Shown: piece after piece, positions 47,720-55,555 of the stretch | Layout: each line of letters opens with the position of its first letter | Position numbering within the stretch: the stretch's first letter is position 1 | Origin: a virus | DNA: 64,000 nt | Direction: 5' to 3' (one strand) | IMG/VR virus record: IMGVR_UViG_3300045988_051365 | The notes under the pieces: model-generated | Database searches by the model: none | Told to the model about the DNA's origin: nothing | What the model saw: only the letters and a program-made list of their open reading frames with translations | Made by a program: the position numbers and the translations under genes

Positions 47720-48152
47720 TCATGTATTTTATACCTTCAATTATCACACATGCTAGCCCGCCAACGAGCATAATGAAGTATAATGCAACAATTAGTGGTT
47801 CCCAACCAGTCCCATAATCACTTCTATTAAGATTAAAGCTAAGCCTATTAGGCTTGTTATTAATAAAAGCTCTATCATAGGTTGGTTTGTCTACACGTAG
47901 TTTAAACTGATTGTCTCTACCGTCAGCTATTAGTGTAAGCTCATATACAGTATGCGTCTGTTGATTAACTGTTTCGGTATAACAGTCCTTAGCAACTACT
48001 GTAGTCCACACAGGTTTGTCAATACAGGTTTCTTTAACTAGGTTAGATTTACATCCTCCTAGTCCTACTAAGCACACCACCAGCCATATTACTATCAAAG
48101 TTGCATGTCTGAAAGTGTTAGCTGACGGTCTCATATCAACAATTGTTGGCAT
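47694..48152 (-). CDS. Membrane protein with an N-terminal TM/signal segment and a C-terminal TM segment
   Basis: N-terminus LIVIWLVVCLVGLGGC. C-terminus LIVALYFIMLVGGLACVII. Confidence 0.5.
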   Translation of the reverse strand: MPTIVDMRPSANTFRHATLIVIWLVVCLVGLGGCKSNLVKETCIDKPVWTTVVAKDCYTETVNQQTHTVYELTLIADGRDNQFKLRVDKPTYDRAFINNKPNRLSFNLNRSDYGTGWEPLIVALYFIMLVGGLACVIIEGIKYMIDIKEHLS

Positions 48153-48331
48153 CCTCTGTCAGTAATTTAGTTGCTTTATCCATTCCTAACTCGTAAGCTT
48201 CAGCAATTAATACTGCTGCGCTTGCTATTGAAAGCTTACCACCGTTGTCCTCTGCTACGTTAGCTGCATTTTCAAGCAGCTCACTTAAAGTTTCTACCAT
48301 AATTAAATACATTTAATAGTTAATAATCTAG

Positions 48332-48413
48332 TAGGGTAGGTGAGACTCGAACTCACACGCCCGAAGGCACTTGGGCCTAAACCAAGCCTGTCTGCCAATT
48401 CCAGCACTACCCC
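48332..48413 (-). tRNA. tRNA-Leu (anticodon TAG), type II
   Basis: Anticodon arm CTTGG-TTTAGGC-CCAAG. Variable arm TGCCTTCGGGCGT. T arm GTGAG-TTCGAGT-CTCAC. Acceptor has G1-U72. Confidence 0.7.
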
Positions 48414-48417
48414 ATTG

Positions 48418-48636
48418 TTACTTCATCAAATTGATAAATTCATCTTCATGTCCTCTATAGTATCGCTGAAGATATGCAATATACACGGCTTCGTCCTTAA
48501 CTATTTGAGGGAATTTGGATTCAAATTGTTCTACTTTCTCTTCTCCTACTATACTTACATGAAAGTCTCTAGGTGTGTTATCCACCTTAGTTGCAGACAT
48601 TAATAAGACTAATAGGAATATCAATAAATGTTTCAT
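48418..48636 (-). CDS. Small secreted protein (signal peptide)
   Basis: MKHLLIFLLVLLMSATKV N-terminal signal. Confidence 0.45.
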   Translation of the reverse strand: MKHLLIFLLVLLMSATKVDNTPRDFHVSIVGEEKVEQFESKFPQIVKDEAVYIAYLQRYYRGHEDEFINLMK

Positions 48637-48683
48637 TTAGTTGTTAATAAAAGGAGAGCGAGATTGCTCTCGCCCTCCAAGGT

Positions 48684-50141
48684 TTATTTGTTGTCCTTCT
48701 TCTCCGTAGAATAGTCCTTACGGTCGAGTTCCCACTGATACTCACACATCTGAGTGATTGCTTCAAGCTTCTCTGTACCCAGAACGAGTTTGAGAGCATT
48801 TACCAATCTTTCAGCCGGAGTTTCCACAACAGCTTTCTTGGATGCAAGTCCAAGTTGACGTTGATAAGATTCAACGCTAGCTTTGATATGGAACGATGTT
48901 ACATGGGTTTCTTCTGTAAAGATGAGTTTGGATTTGGTTGATTCAACGATTTCAGCCATAAATGCCGGAGCAATTTCAGCTTCTTGAATGTAGTTACATA
49001 CTTCACTCAAATCATCGTCGATTGTATATCCTTCTTCAGCGGTGAAGGTAGAACGGATGAATTTCTCCGCAGTTTCAGCGTCCAGGCAGTCCATGGTAAT
49101 CACAGAGCCGATTCTCTTACCTCTTAAGAAGGTAGGTTCAATCAATTCAATGTGATTAGTAGTGAACAAGGTGATTACGTTCATGTCTTTGGTATCACCA
49201 CCGTCCAGAGTATTCAGGATGTCCTGCATAGCAGCATCTCTGTTACCTCTAGTTACTTGGTCAATATCTTCAACAAATACAACAACACCATGACCCGAAC
49301 GGTCAACAACTTTACACATGCGCAGAGTTTCTGCAAGAAGAGAAGGATTCTTCAAATACACGAACGACCAACCGTTTGTTACAGCATCTTTAGCCAGCTT
49401 AAATGCCAGCAAGGTCTTACCTGTACCATATTTACCTTCCAGCAAACAACCATACTTCAATGGAATACCTTTAGCCAGACATTTCTCTGGATACAAGATT
49501 CTTGAGCGTAGCGGTTGCAATTCAAATTCAGTCTTCTTAGAAAGAACCATGAATTGTTTCTCAATGCCGGCAAGTGTCATGATAGTAGGTTCAGACAGAT
49601 TGCTGATTTCCAAAGCCTGGTTTTTGTAGATAGATTCTGATGCTAATAGCTCTTTAGTTCTGTCAACAATGTCATCAATTAATGACTGGTATTTGAACTG
49701 GCATTGTCCTTTAATAAGGAGCAAATGACGGTCATTGTCATAGTTGATGTTGATTTCAGAATCTTCTCCCAATTCTTCAAGGCTAATTTTACCAAACGGA
49801 ACTTTGGTACGAGAACCGTCTGCCAGAACAACGTCTACGGTATCAATGTTGCTGTTTCCAGAAGGACTGTTATCCTCCTTACTAACAGCAGAACCGAAGA
49901 TTTCATTGATTGCTCTGTTCAACTGATATACACCGTCTGGTTTCCAACAAAGAAGCGAGTATTTGAAACTTGCCATTTTCTTGGACTGTTTGATTTCACC
50001 TTCGATGAATCCCAGAGCATCAGCATACTTCACATTGCTTTGGAGCACTTCAATCATTCTCTGTTTCTGAGTTTCCTCGTACTTGTTAACTCTCTGCTTA
50101 ATAGCAGCTGTAGTTCCTTGCGGAATAATGTTCTTTGCCAT
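48684..50141 (-). CDS. AAA+ ATPase (classic Cdc48/FtsH-type AAA module) with an N-terminal domain
   Basis: Walker A EGKYGTGKTLLAF. Walker B VVVFVEDIDQV. Sensor-1 LFTTN. Arginine finger RGKR. Confidence 0.8.
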   Translation of the reverse strand: MAKNIIPQGTTAAIKQRVNKYEETQKQRMIEVLQSNVKYADALGFIEGEIKQSKKMASFKYSLLCWKPDGVYQLNRAINEIFGSAVSKEDNSPSGNSNIDTVDVVLADGSRTKVPFGKISLEELGEDSEININYDNDRHLLLIKGQCQFKYQSLIDDIVDRTKELLASESIYKNQALEISNLSEPTIMTLAGIEKQFMVLSKKTEFELQPLRSRILYPEKCLAKGIPLKYGCLLEGKYGTGKTLLAFKLAKDAVTNGWSFVYLKNPSLLAETLRMCKVVDRSGHGVVVFVEDIDQVTRGNRDAAMQDILNTLDGGDTKDMNVITLFTTNHIELIEPTFLRGKRIGSVITMDCLDAETAEKFIRSTFTAEEGYTIDDDLSEVCNYIQEAEIAPAFMAEIVESTKSKLIFTEETHVTSFHIKASVESYQRQLGLASKKAVVETPAERLVNALKLVLGTEKLEAITQMCEYQWELDRKDYSTEKKDNK

Positions 50142-50144
50142 TAC

Positions 50145-50417
50145 TTAATTAGGTTTATTAATCTTATTTACTTCTTTAATGATTGCCTCACAATTCTCTC
50201 TTGTTGTAGTTAAACAACCAAGTTGAATAATAGAACCGTCTTGAGTGATAGTCAGGTTCTTCTCTTCGATTGTTTCCCTACACAAACCTCCTCTGATAAT
50301 TCTTTTAATGAGTGGAAAGGGTAATATAGTATTCTTACAGAATATCATATTCTTGCCTTCCACATAAATGACATCGTAGCCGTCAATGCTACCTACTACC
50401 TTACTCATTCGATTCAA
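50145..50417 (-). CDS. Hypothetical protein, 90 aa
   Basis: ORF. Confidence 0.45.
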   Translation of the reverse strand: MNRMSKVVGSIDGYDVIYVEGKNMIFCKNTILPFPLIKRIIRGGLCRETIEEKNLTITQDGSIIQLGCLTTTRENCEAIIKEVNKINKPN

Positions 50418-50429
50418 CTATTAACTGTG

Positions 50430-50503
50430 TGGGCCCGGCCGGACTTGAACCGACAACCTCCTGATTATGAGTCAGTTTCTCTAACCGATTGAGATACGGG
50501 CCC
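50430..50503 (-). tRNA. tRNA-Met (anticodon CAT), second copy. Possibly Ile2 or elongator.
   Basis: Acceptor GGGCCCG/CGGGCCC, D stem TCTC/GAGA, anticodon loop CTCATAA, T arm GTCGG-TTCAAGT-CCGGC. Confidence 0.8.
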
Positions 50504-50599
50504 CGAACGCCCATGTTTACTCACAATTAACAGTTCTCAAAGAGTAGTGTTGTTAGTGACTTCATGATAAATTCTATTTTAAACTGAAATAATTAGTAG

Positions 50600-50671
50600 T
50601 TGGGCTACCAGGATTCGAACCTGGGCTACAAGAGCCAAAACCTTGTGTGACTACCACTACACCATAGCCCA
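50600..50671 (-). tRNA. tRNA-Gln (anticodon TTG)
   Basis: U1-A72 acceptor TGGGCTA/TAGCCCA. Anticodon arm CAAGG-TTTTGGC-TCTTG. T arm CCAGG-TTCGAAT-CCTGG. Confidence 0.75.
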
Positions 50672-50692
50672 GTAAAAGGAGTCCGAAGACTC

Positions 50693-51760
50693 CTAAACTA
50701 ACTTATCGAATATCATGGGTTGTATCGACATCCATAAATTCGCTAGCATTTCTTGCTCTGCGTCAGATGCTTCATCCCAATGTGATACGTACAATTTCTC
50801 CGTTCGTTCATTCCTATAAGGAACTTTAAATGAACGGTTAATGCGTACACTGTGTGCGAATAGGTCTTTGTCGAAATCAATAGCCCTAAGCGTCTTCTGG
50901 AAATCGTTGAACTTATTATTAGGGTCATCGACATCCCTAACAGACATTCCAGAAGGAAACGGGCCGTTACCATGCCTTGTTATATAAGGACGAGTTACAT
51001 AACAAGTTTGGATTTCTTTACGTATACCTGCTTTCCGCAACAGCTCGTAAGCGTTTTGTGAAGTTGTATTAGACGGAGTACAATAAGGCATTATGCCGAA
51101 TCTTTGGTCAAGCAATATTCCCTGTGAACCCTCAAACACTAGGTTATCATAATTCAACAAGCAATCTTCATTAACCGTACCTGTATGTAAGAAATAAGCA
51201 TGTGCTAACCTACACCAGTTGTCTAGGTCTATCGAAGGATATTTACTAGACATGTTGTAATAGTTATCCACTATGGCATTTAGTTTCTCACGCAGTATGT
51301 AAGGATTCATACAATCTACAACTGTTAAGCTGTATCCTGCCTTAACTCGGTCCAAACAAGCTTTAAACCCTGTACCTACAGTACCATGTCGTAAGTTCTC
51401 TTCGTTATTAACTTGGGAATAGACATCGAAGGGAATTACAACTTGGCAGTGAGGGTGATACTGAACAATGGGACGAACTCCCATTTTAGCTAAGTCTGCA
51501 CCCTCCAACATAGAGGTAATTGGGTCTACAGTACAGTATTCGGACCAGTACGTCGGCACTCCAAGTAAGGTTCCGCTGCCAAAGTTACTAAAGGTATGCA
51601 TCATGTCTCCATGCTTTACAGTATGTCCTACTTGATGTCCACCACTAAACCTGACTACTAATACAGACTCTCGCTTACCTATGTACTTGTTACATAAGTT
51701 GTGAACTGTCTGTCCCTTACCTTCGTCTCCAAAGAATGTTCCTAATACAATACTAATCAT
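50693..51760 (-). CDS. Adenylosuccinate synthetase homolog, short archaeal-type. Candidate PurZ (N6-succino-2-amino-2'-deoxyadenylate synthase).
   Basis: 355 aa, versus about 430 aa for bacterial PurA. It carries GDEGKGQ (P-loop with the catalytic Asp), GGHQVGHT, and FEGSQGILLD...TPSNTTS, which are PurA-family signatures. Confidence 0.8.
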   Translation of the reverse strand: MISIVLGTFFGDEGKGQTVHNLCNKYIGKRESVLVVRFSGGHQVGHTVKHGDMMHTFSNFGSGTLLGVPTYWSEYCTVDPITSMLEGADLAKMGVRPIVQYHPHCQVVIPFDVYSQVNNEENLRHGTVGTGFKACLDRVKAGYSLTVVDCMNPYILREKLNAIVDNYYNMSSKYPSIDLDNWCRLAHAYFLHTGTVNEDCLLNYDNLVFEGSQGILLDQRFGIMPYCTPSNTTSQNAYELLRKAGIRKEIQTCYVTRPYITRHGNGPFPSGMSVRDVDDPNNKFNDFQKTLRAIDFDKDLFAHSVRINRSFKVPYRNERTEKLYVSHWDEASDAEQEMLANLWMSIQPMIFDKLV

Positions 51761-51766
51761 TTCAGT

Positions 51767-52699
51767 TTAATAAAATTTGTCATTACTATCAGACGGCACA
51801 TCTTGCCATTCCTGACTAACAGAAGCACTAGGAGCTAAGCCTTCAACAGGCTCCTCATAGTTCTCTTTAATTGCGGTGACAATCACCTTGTCTACTTCTC
51901 CAGATGTACATGTCAATACATTTTGTCCAAGTAAAGTCTTCCAAGATTCAGCAACCCTTGAGCCATGACTGGCATTAGTAATGTGAATGTGGAATACATG
52001 GTACTGTTCCTTTGCTTTGTCAAGAGCTTCTTGACAAGTAATGGTTTTAGCACCTTTTTGATACCCTAGAACACGTTCCAAGTAACATCCCTCTACCTTA
52101 TCGAGATTTGGTTCATCTCCAATAGTAAATAGGAATCCCTTAGTGTGTCTTTCAAACCAGGAATCAGTTTCAGTATGATAACCCGCTACGATGTGAGATA
52201 GTAGATAGCTTTCACCTCTATTACCTCCTCCTCCACCTTCAATCACGAATGACTGTAAAGTGTCAAGGATTTTAGCTGTATCAGACTCAAACTGACCAAT
52301 TTGAATTGGATATCGGTCATAAACGTGGTCCCCAACTGCCATAAACATGATTTGTGGGTCACGCACACCTAGTTGAATGAGAGAGTCCATAATCTTAGGG
52401 AATTGGTCTCTAATCATTTCATAAGGTGTGTCCACCATTGAACCAGTAACGTCTAGCGCAATGATTATCGGAGTAGAGAAAGGATGTTCTTTAGAATCAC
52501 GAGATTCACGAACACCCACGTTAACCATTTCTTGCCTTATCTGCGTGTTATACTGCCTAACATTGTTGTTAAGCGATGCAGCAGTATTACATGCATTAAT
52601 GGCAGGGCTCTTAAAGAGTTCATCCCTAGTGGAGGTATATAAACCCCTACTGCCGGCCTCTACATCATAAGCAATTCTAGAATAACTACCTGCTCCCAT
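51767..52699 (-). CDS. von Willebrand factor A (vWA) domain protein
   Basis: MIDAS motif IIALDVTGSM (DxTGS), followed by a GGGGN stretch. Confidence 0.6.
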   Translation of the reverse strand: MGAGSYSRIAYDVEAGSRGLYTSTRDELFKSPAINACNTAASLNNNVRQYNTQIRQEMVNVGVRESRDSKEHPFSTPIIIALDVTGSMVDTPYEMIRDQFPKIMDSLIQLGVRDPQIMFMAVGDHVYDRYPIQIGQFESDTAKILDTLQSFVIEGGGGGNRGESYLLSHIVAGYHTETDSWFERHTKGFLFTIGDEPNLDKVEGCYLERVLGYQKGAKTITCQEALDKAKEQYHVFHIHITNASHGSRVAESWKTLLGQNVLTCTSGEVDKVIVTAIKENYEEPVEGLAPSASVSQEWQDVPSDSNDKFY

Positions 52700-52702
52700 A
52701 AA

Positions 52703-53083
52703 TTATTCATTTACAGTTGCAGCAGCGTCATCTTTCACGTCATCCAAATTAATGGATTCTGATGCATCAGCGGGAAATTCTTCTGCATCGACTTGCATAG
52801 CTAGAGCAAGTTCAATCTTTGCAACACGCAGTTTACGTGCCAATTCATGTCTTGTTCTTACCCATTCAGCCGGATTCAGTCCTTCTCCCGGATTCAAAGA
52901 GTCTCTTGATTTAACAGCCAGGTCATTGTGTTTGTTGATTTCTCCCTGAATGCGAAGTACTTTCAATTTACAATCCTGAACAAATCTGTCTTCCTCGATT
53001 TTAGCCAATTCATACAGATTCTGCGCTCTTGCATCAAGTACACTTTGTCCACTCTTACTTAATTTCTCTTTAAAACTGCTCAT
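52703..53083 (-). CDS. Hypothetical coiled-coil protein, 126 aa
   Basis: ORF. Confidence 0.45.
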   Translation of the reverse strand: MSSFKEKLSKSGQSVLDARAQNLYELAKIEEDRFVQDCKLKVLRIQGEINKHNDLAVKSRDSLNPGEGLNPAEWVRTRHELARKLRVAKIELALAMQVDAEEFPADASESINLDDVKDDAAATVNE

Positions 53084-53170
53084 TTACACTTACATTTAAC
53101 ATGTTAAATTCAATAAGCATCTCTGTGTGGTAATTTATAATCTAACTGTAATCATCTAGGATTACAATCG

Positions 53171-53243
53171 AGCCACCTTAGGGACTCGAACCCTAAACAG
53201 CCGCATTACAAGTGCGGTACTCTACCAATTGAGTTAAGGTGGC
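53171..53243 (-). tRNA. tRNA-Thr (anticodon TGT)
   Basis: Acceptor GCCACCT/AGGTGGC, D stem ACTC/GAGT, anticodon arm CCGCA-CTTGTAA-TGCGG, T arm TAGGG-TTCGAGT-CCCTA. Confidence 0.85.
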
Positions 53244-53301
53244 ATAAACAGGAGACGATGTTACCAAGTGTGCTGACATCTCCTTTGTAAATCAAAGAAA
53301 G

Positions 53302-53374
53302 CGGTGCATACGGGATTCAAACCCGTGGTCTCCTCATAGACAGTGAGGCATCCTAATCACTGAACGAATGCACC
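53302..53374 (-). tRNA. tRNA-Asp (anticodon GTC)
   Basis: Acceptor GGTGCAT/ATGCACC, anticodon arm CCTCA-CTGTCTA-TGAGG, T arm ACGGG-TTTGAAT-CCCGT. Confidence 0.8.
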
Positions 53375-53679
53375 ATGAAGCTTGCTTAACCTACCCTCGA
53401 AACCTATGCTTGGACTTGCAATCAGTTATTCAGATATTGTCCCTTCCCGCTAGCTGAGTCATTCTCTTACTGTAATCGTGTGTCCAACTCACAATCACTA
53501 TTCAGATGTGCCAAATGGGACATGGCAATTCATAAAAAGTGGGTGCTAGCCGTTTCTATCCCACCATTGCGTACTACAGCGCTAGCTACCGTCTAAGCTC
53601 CTATCCCTTACGTCGCCTTAGAGTGTACATGATTATTATTGCCTAACCAGTTACCTGATTGGAAGGATTATGTACGAGG

Positions 53680-53752
53680 TACAGCTAACGGGACTCGAAC
53701 CCGTATTTTATGCTTGAGAGGCATATTACCTAACCAGTTAGTAGATAGCTGC
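53680..53752 (-). tRNA. tRNA-Glu (anticodon CTC)
   Basis: Acceptor GCAGCTA/TAGCTGT, anticodon arm TATGC-CTCTCAA-GCATA, T arm ACGGG-TTCGAGT-CCCGT. Confidence 0.75.
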
Positions 53753-54036
53753 GTGTTAAATAGTCGTGAGTAGTTAATTGCAACTATGACAAAATTAAGA
53801 TTAAAGCCAAAGACCAGCCTATTGCTATCTAGGGCAAAGTCAAAGGAATTTTTGTAACTTCGCAATAGACTGACAGGGTTTGAATTAATAATACTTAATT
53901 ATGCTGGAAATCGTCCCTGTATGGAATACAGAACACGATTAATTTGTCGACAATGCATCGACTAAAGTCTTTGATGCAATTCATACTACTCACGCAAAGC
54001 TATGTTAGAATCCAATGAGATTCAAGACTATAGCAC

Positions 54037-54930
54037 CTATTTATCTGGATTGGAAATCTTAGTTAGTAACTCATAAGTTGCTTGTAACTCATTAGGAATT
54101 ACTATCTTAAGTTCCAATAGTTTCTTACGTTCTTCAACTTTCCAAGTTTCACATTGTTGAGACAGGGTTTTGGCATCCAAATTGAATCTATCAACAGCTT
54201 GTTTATAAGCCTGATTGACTTCATATTCAGAATCCTTTACCATTTTATCAATCTTGAACTTAATCTTATTAAGTCTAGCTGATATGTCTCTGTGTTTCTG
54301 CTGTAATGCAAAGAATGTATTCTCTACCTTATCGCTACTAACAGACGGGTCATACGAGTACACGATTGTGTCAGTACCAGAACCTTCAACTTTAGTAGGA
54401 TTAGTATAGGCATCCATTAAAGCTCTACGGGCATTTGCAAACGGACGCATCGGATGAATATACTTACCAATAGCAGATGCTTCTGCTTCTAGTCTGTAAT
54501 ATTCCATACGTTCTGCAATGCTCAATGAAGCAATTGCTTCCTCTTCGGTAAGGATATGACCCTTAATCGGGGTGTCCAACTTGAATCCAGCTACATCTGT
54601 AGCATATACATCCCAAGTGTACCTGTTAATAATTTCAAGTTCTTCTTCTCTAGCCTTAATAGCTTCACGAATCCATGCGCAGAAGGCATTCATATTAGCA
54701 ACTTCTTGAAGTAATGTAGGTACATTATCAAGATATGCCTCATTTCTACCTGTCTTTACAGTCCTGGAGTTACCTCCACTTAACAAGCTAATATTAACAT
54801 TCACAAACCCTACAGAATCTAAAGCTTGTCTATTAGATTCCACTGTCTCCTTAGCTATATTAGCCAGGTGATTGGCAGAAGTTTGGGTTAATCCCTTCTC
54901 GCCAAAGAATACTTTGTTACATTCTTTCAT
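54037..54930 (-). CDS. Hypothetical protein, 297 aa
   Basis: ORF. Confidence 0.55.
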   Translation of the reverse strand: MKECNKVFFGEKGLTQTSANHLANIAKETVESNRQALDSVGFVNVNISLLSGGNSRTVKTGRNEAYLDNVPTLLQEVANMNAFCAWIREAIKAREEELEIINRYTWDVYATDVAGFKLDTPIKGHILTEEEAIASLSIAERMEYYRLEAEASAIGKYIHPMRPFANARRALMDAYTNPTKVEGSGTDTIVYSYDPSVSSDKVENTFFALQQKHRDISARLNKIKFKIDKMVKDSEYEVNQAYKQAVDRFNLDAKTLSQQCETWKVEERKKLLELKIVIPNELQATYELLTKISNPDK

Positions 54931-54959
54931 AAGCTGTAATTATTAATTCATTACTAATG

Positions 54960-55032
54960 CACTGGATAGGGGATTCGAACCCCTGTTTACGCATCGAAAG
55001 TGCGTCGACCTAAACCACTAGTCGAATCCAGT
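54960..55032 (-). tRNA. tRNA-Glu (anticodon TTC)
   Basis: Acceptor ACTGGAT/ATCCAGT, D stem GACT/GGTC, anticodon arm ACGCA-CTTTCGA-TGCGT, T arm AGGGG-TTCGAAT-CCCCT. Confidence 0.8.
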
Positions 55033-55040
55033 ATACCTTA

Positions 55041-55361
55041 TTAAGCTTTCCAGAATACAAACTTATTGCCTTCTGGACATCTTACATACTTCACATCAAA
55101 ACCATTCTCTCGATATAGAGGTTCTACATCTAACCAATGGTTCTTAATTACTTCTTCTTCAGTTAAACCTTCAGATGCTACATAGGCTATTACATCTGAT
55201 TGCTTAAATTCAGAAGCTTTACCACTCCAGTTCTTAACTATTAAAGTATTAAAAGCTAAGATAACTGCATCAGGAATAGATTTTAAATCTATACTCCTCA
55301 ATTCTCTTGAATTTAATACCTTCACCATAATTCTAATAATTAGGTTAATAATGATTTTCAC
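55041..55361 (-). CDS. Hypothetical protein, 106 aa
   Basis: ORF. Confidence 0.45.
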   Translation of the reverse strand: MKIIINLIIRIMVKVLNSRELRSIDLKSIPDAVILAFNTLIVKNWSGKASEFKQSDVIAYVASEGLTEEEVIKNHWLDVEPLYRENGFDVKYVRCPEGNKFVFWKA

Positions 55362-55380
55362 AAACTCTTATTAGCCAGCG

Positions 55381-55468
55381 CGGAGAGTGCTGGATTCGAA
55401 CCAGCGGAACCCTTTTGAGGTTCGGTCCCTTAGCAGGGGACTGGTTTAAGCCACTCACCCAACTCTCC
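55381..55468 (-). tRNA. tRNA-Ser (anticodon GCT), type II
   Basis: Acceptor GGAGAGT/ACTCTCC, anticodon arm GTCCC-CTGCTAA-GGGAC, long variable arm, T arm GCTGG-TTCGAAT-CCAGC. Confidence 0.85.
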
Positions 55469-55555
55469 AATCCACAGAAGACTTATTTATGCTATATCAA
55501 TCGCTTATGATTACCTCAATGCTGTAAGTCTTCTTAGAAATTCACTGTAAAAGGA

